A stretch of DNA of 64,000 bases from Candidatus Omnitrophota bacterium (GTDB lineage: Bacteria > Omnitrophota > Gorgyraeia > Gorgyraeales > Gorgyraeaceae): the NCBI GenBank assembly GCA_018902915.1, contig JAHIPS010000106.1, forward strand, positions 5,504-69,503, written 5' to 3'. Shown here piece after piece: positions 1 through 8,841 of the stretch. A program made the position numbers and the translations under genes. The notes under the pieces were generated by a model. That model was not told where the DNA came from and ran no database searches. It worked only from the letters and a program-made list of their open reading frames with translations. The first letter of the stretch is position 1. Each line of letters starts with the position of its first letter.

Positions 1-76
1 TACTGCCTTTAAACTCAAAAATCCCGCCTTTTAATTTCAAATACAGGTTCTTTAATTGCGTTTCTTTTTCCATCAT
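1..76 (-). CDS. Partial ORF running off the window start; only the N-terminus is visible (MMEKETQLKNLYLKLKGGIFEFKGS...).
   Basis: ATG at 76..74 on the minus strand is preceded by a GGGAGA Shine-Dalgarno (plus 86-91) with 9-nt spacing. The frame is open to the window edge. It is divergent from the gene at 199. It is absent from the ORF track only because fewer than 60 codons are visible. Confidence 0.3.
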   Translation of the reverse strand, partial: MMEKETQLKNLYLKLKGGIFEFKGS

Positions 77-152
77 CTTTTTTATTCTCCCATACCGTCT
101 ATTAGAAGTCAAATTAACTTTGCATTTTAACAATGTAGGTATGCAAAGTTAT

Positions 153-181
153 TGACGTATATTTGCGAAGTGTGCTATTCT
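153..181 (+). promoter_or_regulatory. Putative sigma70-type promoter for the 199..1149 gene.
   Basis: TTGACG at 153-158, a 17-bp spacer and TATTCT at 176-181. A GGAGTGA RBS lies at 188-194 before ATG 199. Confidence 0.3.
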
Positions 182-198
182 TAATATGGAGTGATAAG

Positions 199-1149
199 AT
201 GTTTAAGCATATCTCGGAATTAGAATATCATGAACTTGCCGGGCTTTTATATAAAAACTCAAAAGCGCTCGAGCAAAGACGCCAGAAGACCCTTCTAATA
301 AATACCCTCTTATTAAGTCAATTCTTCAAAATCAATAAGGGCTTTCAGGAACACGGAATAACTATTTTACCCATCAAAGGCGTATCGCTTCTTCTATCCA
401 TATATAAAGATATGGCTTCAAGACCAATGAATGATATAGATTTACTGATAGAACAAAAAAATGTTGATCGAGGCGTAGCCATCCTTAAAGACATGGGTTA
501 CAGGCTTGATGAATATGCATTCTCAGAGGACTATTACTATTTAAACTATTGCCACATTCCACTGTTTAAAGAGGCTGATGAAGGCCTCACGTATACTGTC
601 GAGCTACACTGGTCCCTCGCTGTCCCCAGACCTTATAAAATAGCACTACCTCTATTATGGACAAGGATCAGAAGTATTACAGTGGATGATAAAAATGTAA
701 AGCTTCTTTCCCATGAGGATGACATCTTTTCGCTTCTCCTGCACCTAAGGAGGTTTGACAAACCTCTCTCGTTAAAATATATACTTGATATATCCGAGAT
801 TTTAAAGAAATACAGGATTGACTGGGATTACATATATAAGCATTCCAGATCAAACAGGTTGATCTCGCTTGCATATTATGCATTGTTTGCGGCAAAGGTC
901 TTTTTTAACAACGATATAAAAGATGAAACAATTAATAGGTTCTATCCCGGGTTTATAAGAGCATCTTTATTGAAATACCTGGTAAACAGGGCCAGTTCAT
1001 ACGGCGTCTCAAGGCTACAGAGATCTATTGTCTTCAGGAAGATCGCCTATGTATTTTTACGTTTCTTATTATATGACAGGGCATTGGACTTTATAAAATT
1101 TGTACTGATTATGCCTAAAGAAGAATTTTGTCGTTTCTTCACATATTAA
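199..1149 (+). CDS. Nucleotidyltransferase-family protein (PF14907-like, uncharacterised).
   Basis: Contains the motif MNDIDLLIEQKNVDRGVAILKDMGYRL, a GS...D.D-type nucleotidyltransferase fold signature. The track starts at TTG 163; ATG 199 with an RBS is more plausible. It is the only plus-strand gene in the window. Confidence 0.55.
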   Translation: MFKHISELEYHELAGLLYKNSKALEQRRQKTLLINTLLLSQFFKINKGFQEHGITILPIKGVSLLLSIYKDMASRPMNDIDLLIEQKNVDRGVAILKDMGYRLDEYAFSEDYYYLNYCHIPLFKEADEGLTYTVELHWSLAVPRPYKIALPLLWTRIRSITVDDKNVKLLSHEDDIFSLLLHLRRFDKPLSLKYILDISEILKKYRIDWDYIYKHSRSNRLISLAYYALFAAKVFFNNDIKDETINRFYPGFIRASLLKYLVNRASSYGVSRLQRSIVFRKIAYVFLRFLLYDRALDFIKFVLIMPKEEFCRFFTY

Positions 1150-2246
1150 GTGTTTAAAACCTGCTGATATACATCAAATGTCATATCTGTTATCTTATCC
1201 CAATTATGCTTCTCGGCGACCATATTCATCTGCGCTATCTTTTCTTCTTGCTCAACTGGCCTTTTGATGAATTCCTTTATCTTTGCGGCCAATGCCCGCA
1301 CATCACCGGCCTTAAAAAATCTGTCGTCGCCCAGCCCGACATCTTTATTGCCGCGTATATCACTTGCTATACAGGATAAACCGTAACTCATGGCCTCAAG
1401 CAGGACTATAGGGAGCCCCTCATAATATGACGGCAACACAAATAGTCCGGCATGGCTATACAGCTGGCGCAGCGCCTCTCCGGTCAGAAACCCGGTCAAA
1501 ACTATATTTTTATTTTTCTCTGCTTTTTCTTTTAAACCAACGCTGTACCTGTCCGGGTGGTCGGCCCTGCCTGCTATTACCAGCTTCAAGCCCTCTATAT
1601 TATCAAACGCATCGATCAAATCGTGAAATCCTTTTTCCGGAACAAACCGGCCTACAGCCAAAACATACCTCCCTCTGTTCAAGCCATACTTTTTAATGGC
1701 ATTGTCATTTTTTGAAACCTGCGCCGGGGCTACGCCATTGGGAATAACTGCGACATCCTTATTATATTTCCTCTTAATATTATCTCCTATGAATTTAGAA
1801 ACACATATTATTGCATTTGAAAATATAGAACCCAGATATTCACCCAGGACCAGTACAAGCTTCGCCATGTTCCCCCATTTTTTTCTTTCGTAATCTGGGC
1901 CGTGATTAGTCATCACCACTTTTAATCCCAGAATCCTGGCAAGGGGAACAACCAAAGAAGGTCCTATGGCATGGATATGAAGGATATCAGGAGATATCTT
2001 CCTGGCAGCAAAGAGCCCAAGAATCGTATGAAAAATACATTCGAGAAATCTATTCTTCGGGCATGGCAGGGAAACCAGTTTTACGCCCTTGTAGATATAA
2101 TTCGTCCTATCAACATACGGCCTTCTGGTAAAAACTATTACTTCGCAGCCTCTATCGGCGATATGCGAATAGAGATTTTCGCAGTGGGATTCTATTCCGC
2201 CTTGAACATTTGGAAAGCCTCTTGCTCCCAAAACAGCGATCTTCAT
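1146..2246 (-). CDS. Glycosyltransferase family 4 (GT-B fold).
   Basis: N-terminal MKIAVLGARGFP...GGIE and a C-terminal EGLPIVLLEAMSYGLSCIASD motif, both typical of GT4 (E-x7-E). Confidence 0.8.
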   Translation of the reverse strand: MKIAVLGARGFPNVQGGIESHCENLYSHIADRGCEVIVFTRRPYVDRTNYIYKGVKLVSLPCPKNRFLECIFHTILGLFAARKISPDILHIHAIGPSLVVPLARILGLKVVMTNHGPDYERKKWGNMAKLVLVLGEYLGSIFSNAIICVSKFIGDNIKRKYNKDVAVIPNGVAPAQVSKNDNAIKKYGLNRGRYVLAVGRFVPEKGFHDLIDAFDNIEGLKLVIAGRADHPDRYSVGLKEKAEKNKNIVLTGFLTGEALRQLYSHAGLFVLPSYYEGLPIVLLEAMSYGLSCIASDIRGNKDVGLGDDRFFKAGDVRALAAKIKEFIKRPVEQEEKIAQMNMVAEKHNWDKITDMTFDVYQQVLNT

Positions 2247-3208
2247 GACGTATGCCTTATCTTATTCTTTAATACCCACAAAACCGGCTTTACAGGATGG
2301 CGCCAGATAGCAGGCGCAGCGCTCCCTATCATCCAGCAGTTTTTCCTGCAGCCTTTGACCATCTGTCTCACTTCTTTTGCCCGTTCGCCATTCCAGATCT
2401 CATCCCATGACTTGTCTTTTAAATTGCCCATGGACTGTTTCTCATCCATGCCATTACACGCTAAGACATCACCATCCGGATCCAGGAAAAAGCCATCCTC
2501 GCCCATCTCGCAAGGAAGAAGACGATTGTTGCCCTTTATATAATTAATCATACCATAATTAAAATAAGCCCTGAACCATTCTTTTATCTTTTTTGAGCTG
2601 AGCATTAATTCGATCAATCTTTTTAATTCAGAATTTACCTTTTCTATATCCTCGATTTTATTATCAAGCTTGTGAAAATAGTGCGAGTTATGAAGAGTGG
2701 CTGTGGCAAATTCATAGCCTAGATCCCGAGATAATAGATACAATGGGACCAGGTCATCGCAATTCAAATCCTGCACTGTCATCCCAAATCCAATATCTTT
2801 AATCCCCAGACGCCGTAGTTCTAATAGCGTCCTCATAGACTTATCAAATCCATTCGGGATCCCGAGGATCTCATCATTTGTTTTTGCCAGACCTTCGATA
2901 CTTATACGGATACCTATATCGGGATATTTTTTACATAGATTAATAATTTTATCAGTAAAATAGCCGTTTGTGCTGATAACAATACGTTTTGATTTTTTTC
3001 TTAAAATCTCTATGATTTCTGGTAAATCCTGCCGCACAAAAGGTTCCCCACCCGTAATATTAGTAAAAAACATCTGCGGGAGCTTGCCTATGACATCTAT
3101 CCCGATCTCTTCTGAAGGATTAGTAGGATAGCGCCACGCATTGCACATGTTGCATCTCGCGTTGCATCTATATGTTAAGATAATAGAACCGTGTAATCTC
3201 TTATTCAT
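2243..3208 (-). CDS. Radical SAM protein with a C-terminal SPASM-like Cys cluster.
   Basis: CNARCNMC (CxxxCxxC) sits near the N-terminus with GGEP nearby. The C-terminus has LPCEMG...ACNG...GCRKNCW cysteine motifs. Confidence 0.8.
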   Translation of the reverse strand: MNKRLHGSIILTYRCNARCNMCNAWRYPTNPSEEIGIDVIGKLPQMFFTNITGGEPFVRQDLPEIIEILRKKSKRIVISTNGYFTDKIINLCKKYPDIGIRISIEGLAKTNDEILGIPNGFDKSMRTLLELRRLGIKDIGFGMTVQDLNCDDLVPLYLLSRDLGYEFATATLHNSHYFHKLDNKIEDIEKVNSELKRLIELMLSSKKIKEWFRAYFNYGMINYIKGNNRLLPCEMGEDGFFLDPDGDVLACNGMDEKQSMGNLKDKSWDEIWNGERAKEVRQMVKGCRKNCWMIGSAAPAIWRHPVKPVLWVLKNKIRHTS

Positions 3209-4796
3209 CTTTACGCCTCGTTATTTCCATGGCCGTCAGGGAATGCGGCTGGAATGTAAATTCAAAAGGATTATCTATAATCTCAAATCTTTTACGCGTG
3301 ACCTTGACATTATTAGGATTTTTTTCATTCGTTGCGTCAATACTTGGTCCATTCAAAATCCAGGCCTCGCCTTTGCCCGAAGGGTCAAAATCCTTTAAAT
3401 CAATAGTTGCTATAATGCCATGGTCAAGATCTTTGTTGACTACCATCAGATATATCTTGCTCTTATCTTTATTAGTGCTGGTATTTACAGACAGATAGGG
3501 TATGGAAAATCTTTTCGCGCTATAGGAGCTACATTCAACATCTACTTCTATAAGCTCAGAACCAAAGCGCTTATTATACAGCTCAAATACATAATAATTA
3601 GGACGTTTAATATAATCTATAGGGTATCTATAATCATGCTTCATAAAATCTTCCTGCGATCTGATCATTCCCCAGTAACTATTACAATACTGCCAATAGG
3701 TGGCCAGGAGTATCTTGTGTTCTGGTTTCATGAAGATACGCAACAGTTCTGCGTTTATAAGAGCTGTGCCAAGGCAATGCCTGTAGGGAATAGGTTCTTC
3801 CTGGGTAAAGCCGCCATTATATTCTGTAACGACTAGCGGAATATCTTTTCCGGATTCTGCTTTTAAAAGTCTCAGGTTATCCTGAAAATTGATTTCATCT
3901 CTAAAAATAGGCACGCCCAAAGATTCTTTGAAAATCTGTTTGGGTTCCATTAACCGTGACTCCCACTCTGGAGACGCGGGATACGTATGAATAATAGCAA
4001 AATCCAGTCTATCCTTTACTGTGCTTAAAACCCTCTTATTCCAGTTATTCCAGTATATCGGGCATAAAACAACTCCTATTTTAATTTGGGGCTCGACCGC
4101 TTTCATAGCTTCGTAATATCTTAAATATCTCTTTCCATATTCCTCCGGGACCACTCCCTTTATATCCCTGTGATCTCCATGATAGACCTCATTACCTATT
4201 TCAAAATATCTCACATTACGATAGGGCAACGGATGCCCGTTTTTAGCTCTTTCATTTGCCCAATCTGTGCCGCCACCATTGGGATTGGTCCCATCATCTG
4301 GGGAAATAAGATACTCCACCAGATCAGCGGCATCCTGCTCGGTGCCAGTAAAATAACTAACTGTTATAATCGCTTCCGCGTCCATCTCCTCGCAGGTCTT
4401 TAAAAACTCGTCTATACCATATAAAAAATGTTCCCTGTTTTTCCCTATGGCGTTCTTCCAATCATAATGATGCGCCCCGCACCCCCCGGGAAACCTTACA
4501 ACAGACATCCCTGCTTCTCTGGCTAAAACCACCACCTCTTTGACGGATCTCCCACCTTCAGGATCCCATACGCCTGCACCGTAATCAGAATAGCCATAAT
4601 ATTCCCCGGTCGCATCCTCATACGTCATAGGATCATAACCCAAAAAGTTGTTGCCAAACACCTTTTTATTTATCTGGCCTATATTTCTCGCGCTATAAAC
4701 TGTAACATGGGCATCTTTTACAGGCACAGTCTTTAGGCAACCTGATAGCGCGGCTAAAAATATCAAGGCTATTATTTTATTAATAAAACTTTTCAT
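3201..4796 (-). CDS. Lipoprotein glycoside hydrolase, clan GH-A (GH51/GH39-like); candidate EPS-processing hydrolase.
   Basis: Lipobox LAALSGC. VRFPGG...YDW, FEIGNEV (acid/base Glu) and VVTEYNGG (nucleophile Glu) resemble GH51/GH39 signatures. A C-terminal beta-sandwich tail follows. Confidence 0.55.
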   Translation of the reverse strand: MKSFINKIIALIFLAALSGCLKTVPVKDAHVTVYSARNIGQINKKVFGNNFLGYDPMTYEDATGEYYGYSDYGAGVWDPEGGRSVKEVVVLAREAGMSVVRFPGGCGAHHYDWKNAIGKNREHFLYGIDEFLKTCEEMDAEAIITVSYFTGTEQDAADLVEYLISPDDGTNPNGGGTDWANERAKNGHPLPYRNVRYFEIGNEVYHGDHRDIKGVVPEEYGKRYLRYYEAMKAVEPQIKIGVVLCPIYWNNWNKRVLSTVKDRLDFAIIHTYPASPEWESRLMEPKQIFKESLGVPIFRDEINFQDNLRLLKAESGKDIPLVVTEYNGGFTQEEPIPYRHCLGTALINAELLRIFMKPEHKILLATYWQYCNSYWGMIRSQEDFMKHDYRYPIDYIKRPNYYVFELYNKRFGSELIEVDVECSSYSAKRFSIPYLSVNTSTNKDKSKIYLMVVNKDLDHGIIATIDLKDFDPSGKGEAWILNGPSIDATNEKNPNNVKVTRKRFEIIDNPFEFTFQPHSLTAMEITRRKDE

Positions 4797-4799
4797 AAT

Positions 4800-6014
4800 T
4801 TACCTGATTTTATTGTATATCTCCATTAATCCCTGATAATGCTTTTCGGCATTGAATGCTTTCTCAACAAATACGCGCGCGTTTCTTCCCATCTCCATGA
4901 TCCTGTCTGGGCTATTTATAAGGCATTCTATTTTTAGACGCAGGTCATCAGAATCTCCCGCTTCAAAAGTCAATCCGGTCTGGTTGTCTTTAACAAGCTC
5001 GGGAATCCCGCCGATCCTTGAACCAATAACGGGTTTCCCTAGAGAAAATGCCTCTATTATGGATCTTGGATTATTCTCAAAACACGTGGATGGCAGAATA
5101 ACAAACATGGACTTTCTGATTTCATCACTCAGGCCTTCTCCTTTTTTATATCCCAATAATATTACATTGTCAATTTTTTCGATATTGATCTTGACTTTGA
5201 TCTCTTTTTCAAGAGGGCCTTCGCCTATAATCTTGAGTGTTATCCCTTTGATATCCTTTACTGCCTCTATTAGATCAAACAGTCCTTTCTCCATGGATAA
5301 TCTTCCGAAATAAACAATCGATTTCTCATCCCAATCATATCTGGGGATAATTTCCTCGGATTTTATAAAATTCGGGAGATAAGCTATGTTCCCTTTAAAC
5401 CCCATCTCCCTTAATTTATTTTTCAAAAACATGCTCGGTGAAACAAAGATATCCACTGTTTCATAGATATGTAAGATCTTATGGTGCAGGTACATCTCTA
5501 TTGTATTTAACAGACTTTTCATCCGTGAACCCTTGTTGCACCTTTTTAAGAAACAGTGATAATACATCCCGTCTCTGCATGCCTCGCATGTCTTCTTATT
5601 CGATATCATCGAATACGACGGGCACACCATCTTATAATCGTGAAGGGTTAGGACGACAGGGATCTTAAATTTTTTTAGGCTAGTTAAAACTGAGGGAGAG
5701 ATCTGATGGTGGATGTTATGCAGGTGAGCAATATCAGGTCTTTGCTCTTTTATCAATCTTTCTATTTTTTTCTTCGCCTCAAATGAATATAAAACATTTA
5801 AAGACGCCTTTATTTTATCCTTGAATCCACTGGATCCGTAATCTATGTTAGAGACAAAATATCTATCATTTGCTGAACGCAGATTATGGGGGTGCCTCAT
5901 TGAGAAAGATACGATCTCGTGCCCTTTGTCTTCTAAATACTGGGCCGTATCAAAGAAGACATGCTCGGATCCGCCTTTAAGATAAAAAAATTTATTTGCG
6001 AAAAGGATCCTCAT
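4800..6014 (-). CDS. Glycosyltransferase family 4.
   Basis: GT4 C-terminal motif ENNPRSIIEAFSLGKPVIGSRIGGIPELV with the typical N-terminal donor-binding half. Confidence 0.8.
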   Translation of the reverse strand: MRILFANKFFYLKGGSEHVFFDTAQYLEDKGHEIVSFSMRHPHNLRSANDRYFVSNIDYGSSGFKDKIKASLNVLYSFEAKKKIERLIKEQRPDIAHLHNIHHQISPSVLTSLKKFKIPVVLTLHDYKMVCPSYSMISNKKTCEACRDGMYYHCFLKRCNKGSRMKSLLNTIEMYLHHKILHIYETVDIFVSPSMFLKNKLREMGFKGNIAYLPNFIKSEEIIPRYDWDEKSIVYFGRLSMEKGLFDLIEAVKDIKGITLKIIGEGPLEKEIKVKINIEKIDNVILLGYKKGEGLSDEIRKSMFVILPSTCFENNPRSIIEAFSLGKPVIGSRIGGIPELVKDNQTGLTFEAGDSDDLRLKIECLINSPDRIMEMGRNARVFVEKAFNAEKHYQGLMEIYNKIR

Positions 6015-6059
6015 GACACACTCGCTCCTGTTGTTTTAAATCAACGAACTATTCCTAAG

Positions 6060-7514
6060 TTACAGCTGACTGGCAGGATCGGTAAATCCATCCTTAGGAT
6101 CAGGGAACTCAAATGGCGGGGCAGGCGGCTCATATGCCTCTACAACCGGCACACACCTTCCCAGGGCACATATGATATCGTCTTCGGTGAGCATTGTAAC
6201 AGGGGCGTATAATCTGTATTTAGCCTTTACAGGCGAGTTGATCACTGGTATCTTTCCTTTTCTACTATCCCCAAAATGGATACGTGTATAATTTCCCGAA
6301 TCTAATTTGACTAAATAATTCATGCTATCAGAAGAGCTTTCAAATAAGGAATCCTGTTTATCCCACTCTTCATATCTGCCAGTCTCGTCTACATAGATAT
6401 GCAGGTCATATATTATAAAACCAGCGTTATTTAATTCAAAGTTCTGATTTTCCGATCCATTGCTTATCCCGATGACCTCTTCAACAGGACAATCGTAGAG
6501 GATCCTTGCGAGCTCATCACGCGTCAAAAAATCCTCCGGGGACGAACCTATAAATATATTTATACCGTTTTTCGCAAGCACCTCTGTCTGCAGTAGATAT
6601 ATTTCCTTATCGCTAAGGGTCTGGAAACCTTTTGGTAGCTGCCCTGTAAGGCGTCTAATCCTTATAAGAAGGTCGGCAAAGTTTGCCTTTGTTAGAGGCC
6701 TGGACGGATTGTACACATTTTTTATAGATCTATCGACGTCCGGGTTAGACAAGAGCATCGCTATCTCACACTTTGTTACAATCTCGTTTTCCCTGCCGTA
6801 AAACTTGTATACTGCCTTGATCCTTGAGCCAACAGCCGGGATTTTGCCGTTTATGTTGTCTCCGAATGCTATCCTAGCGTCATCGCACGAATCCAGTTTT
6901 GCCATATACTCCCTGATATCTCCCTGGCTTTCCTTCAAGGTCTTTTTTCTTTCCCACAACTGGAAACCATTGCCCTCATCCACATAGAGCTCGACATCAT
7001 ATATAACAAATTCCTCGTTTTTCAGGTCAAATACCTGATCTGCAAGTCCGCTCGAAAAACCCAGGTTTTTCTCTACGGTAACATTCTTCAATACCGCGGC
7101 CAGCTCTTCCCTTGTAAGTGGCGATAAAGGCTCTGTGTCAACAAAGATATCTATACCTTTGCCGCTCAACAACCTGGTCTCTATTATATATCTCTCTTCA
7201 TCATTCAGGTTATCTATGGTTCCTGGCAACTCCCTCTCCAGCCTGAGTATTTGAGCCAATATGTCAACAAATAACAGCTTTGTTGCAGACGTATATTTTG
7301 CTGCGGGATTCTCCCTGCATTCCTTTGCCGCCTTTAGCAAGGCCTCATTATTAGGTTCGCAAGGCCCTCTCTCAAGGCATATAACGCCTTCATCTAATCG
7401 GCATTTGACCTCACACACGTCTCCGCTAGATGACAGTTTTGTCTCTGCTGCTACTGGTCTAACCACAGCCGCTATAGCTGCTATAACTAATATGATATAC
7501 GCTATCTTCTTCAT
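6060..7514 (-). CDS. Secreted protein with an internally duplicated module; each copy begins with an SLH-like segment.
   Basis: Signal peptide present. The pair LLSGKGIDIFVDTEPLSPLTREELAAVL and VLAKNGINIFIGSSPEDFLTRDELARIL, and the pair FVIYDVELYVDEGNGFQLWE and FIIYDLHIYVDETGRYEEWD, show a two-fold repeat. Confidence 0.6.
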   Translation of the reverse strand: MKKIAYIILVIAAIAAVVRPVAAETKLSSSGDVCEVKCRLDEGVICLERGPCEPNNEALLKAAKECRENPAAKYTSATKLLFVDILAQILRLERELPGTIDNLNDEERYIIETRLLSGKGIDIFVDTEPLSPLTREELAAVLKNVTVEKNLGFSSGLADQVFDLKNEEFVIYDVELYVDEGNGFQLWERKKTLKESQGDIREYMAKLDSCDDARIAFGDNINGKIPAVGSRIKAVYKFYGRENEIVTKCEIAMLLSNPDVDRSIKNVYNPSRPLTKANFADLLIRIRRLTGQLPKGFQTLSDKEIYLLQTEVLAKNGINIFIGSSPEDFLTRDELARILYDCPVEEVIGISNGSENQNFELNNAGFIIYDLHIYVDETGRYEEWDKQDSLFESSSDSMNYLVKLDSGNYTRIHFGDSRKGKIPVINSPVKAKYRLYAPVTMLTEDDIICALGRCVPVVEAYEPPAPPFEFPDPKDGFTDPASQL

Positions 7515-7555
7515 CTTTTTCCCCTCCTCGTAAATACTTTTATAATACTTATATA

Positions 7556-7584
7556 ATTATACCAAAATTAAAGGCCTTTGGCAA
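7556..7584 (-). promoter_or_regulatory. Sigma70-like promoter for the 6060..7514 gene.
   Basis: On the minus strand: TTGCCA (7584..7579), a 17-bp spacer, TATAAT (7561..7556), then a GAGGAGGGG RBS before the ATG at 7514. Confidence 0.5.
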
Positions 7585-7595
7585 GCCTTTTTAAC

Positions 7596-8156
7596 CTAAT
7601 CTTTTAAGTGCACATCTGCATATACAGCCAGCATCTCCTGGACTTTTCTAGGCGGCAAGATAACAAAATAGTGGTCTATTATGCAGTGTGCCATTTCGTG
7701 CGCCAGTATGCCTTCCGTTACGGCCCTTTCTGTCGTATATATGGTGTTTGTTTTATATATATAAAACGAGGATGCTGTATTTGGCTCGTTAAAAATCTCT
7801 TCATAGGCCATATCAAGCCCATCCTTGTCCTTATAAATATTAATACTAACATGTATCCTGGAAGGATACATGTCCAGTATATCTTCAACCTTTGCAAAGA
7901 TCGCGTCAAATTTTTCCCCTACAATATTTTCTGTTGAAAAATCTACTTTTTCTCTATACCGCCTTGGGCTATAAAAATCTGAAAATCTAAGATTTATCCG
8001 TCTATTGACCATCTTCAAACTCACTCCCTCTTCATAAAAAATACTGCAGAATCTAGAGGAAAATACATTCCATTCTTCTTCCTGCGAATACGCGCTATCC
8101 GCAAAAGCAAAGATCAAACATAGCATTAATAAAAAAGAAGCTCTTTTTAATCTCAT
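7596..8156 (-). CDS. Small secreted HExxH zinc-metallopeptidase-like protein.
   Basis: Signal peptide, then ILAHEMAHCIIDH near the C-terminus. Confidence 0.5.
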   Translation of the reverse strand: MRLKRASFLLMLCLIFAFADSAYSQEEEWNVFSSRFCSIFYEEGVSLKMVNRRINLRFSDFYSPRRYREKVDFSTENIVGEKFDAIFAKVEDILDMYPSRIHVSINIYKDKDGLDMAYEEIFNEPNTASSFYIYKTNTIYTTERAVTEGILAHEMAHCIIDHYFVILPPRKVQEMLAVYADVHLKD

Positions 8157-8166
8157 CCTGCCTCTA

Positions 8167-8763
8167 TTAACGGTTGATCTTGAAATACGAAAGAGCCTTT
8201 TTGAGGTCCTGCTTATCCTTCTTTAATTCAGAAACTACCTTTTTTATATCGTCTTTTAAAAGCATTTCCCTGTTTGAGCCATCTGAAAGTTCGTCTATTA
8301 AACCATCTAATTTTTCTGAAACAGTAACTACCTTTAAAAGTCCTACGCTTAGCCCCTGCGTCATATTGTTAAAGGCATTAACCAGGTTCTGAAACTGGTC
8401 TTTCTTTCTAATCTTCAAATCCGGCAAAAGCTCGCCATTGCCAACCTTCTGGGCATATTTCTCGAATCTATAGATAGGCCCAGCCACCCTGTGTGTCATA
8501 AGTATTACCACGATAGACGCCGCGAGCGCTGTTACCAGCGAAACGATAGTGCCGCCGAACAGTATAGCGGGCAGTATATAGTCAGCCGTGCTCTTTACGA
8601 CCAATCTGGAATTTTCAAAAGTCGTGGTTAATGTGCGGCTTGACATCATATACAGGATCACCCCGAAGATCACAGAGCTAAGGGCAACCAAACCGCAAAA
8701 TTTCAATATGAACTCTGTCTGAAAACCTCTGTTAATAAAATAATTTCTCCGTCTATACTTCAT
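8167..8763 (-). CDS. Membrane protein with two TM helices and a HAMP domain.
   Basis: Two hydrophobic helices followed by a HAMP-like segment (KKDQFQNLVNAFNNMTQGL). The track start at 8787 is a TTG inside the palindromic repeat; ATG 8763 (MKYRRR) is more likely. Confidence 0.55.
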   Translation of the reverse strand: MKYRRRNYFINRGFQTEFILKFCGLVALSSVIFGVILYMMSSRTLTTTFENSRLVVKSTADYILPAILFGGTIVSLVTALAASIVVILMTHRVAGPIYRFEKYAQKVGNGELLPDLKIRKKDQFQNLVNAFNNMTQGLSVGLLKVVTVSEKLDGLIDELSDGSNREMLLKDDIKKVVSELKKDKQDLKKALSYFKINR

Positions 8764-8780
8764 ACCTGCCTCCTTCAGTA

Positions 8781-8841
8781 TGTTCAAGGCTAAGCCTTGA
8801 ACAGTTACATCTGTTACATGTTCAAGGCTTAGCCTTGAACA
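8781..8841. repeat. Paired 23-bp perfect palindromes TGTTCAAGGC-T(A/T)A-GCCTTGAACA, copies at 8781-8803 and 8819-8841.
   Basis: Read directly from the sequence. The same element recurs at 29607-29660, 44808-44844 and 56023-56074. Copy 2 supplies codons MFKAKP plus the TGA stop of gene 8822..9388. Confidence 0.9.

Noticed and set aside
163-198. Track start of the first gene at TTG 163.
   Set aside because: ATG 199 has a GGAGTGA RBS at the correct distance and is downstream of the putative -10. The extra 12 codons from TTG lack support.
1427-2543. Plus-strand ORFs of 65-190 aa (1427-1696, 1696-1893, 1971-2543) overlapping the minus-strand GT4 gene.
   Set aside because: They lie antisense within a well-supported glycosyltransferase gene. 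Their translations are low-complexity with no motifs and no RBS. I treated them as shadow ORFs. The same reasoning applies to the many other antisense ORFs in the track, for example 28692-29354, 35925-36611, 38371-38883, 42936-43415 and 62178-62627.
2243-3400. A RiPP precursor peptide next to the radical SAM/SPASM gene.
   Set aside because: The small ORFs nearby (3141-3398, 3229-3498) are antisense to the hydrolase gene and lack an RBS or leader-like features. No convincing precursor was found, so the RiPP hypothesis is kept only as a low-probability alternative.
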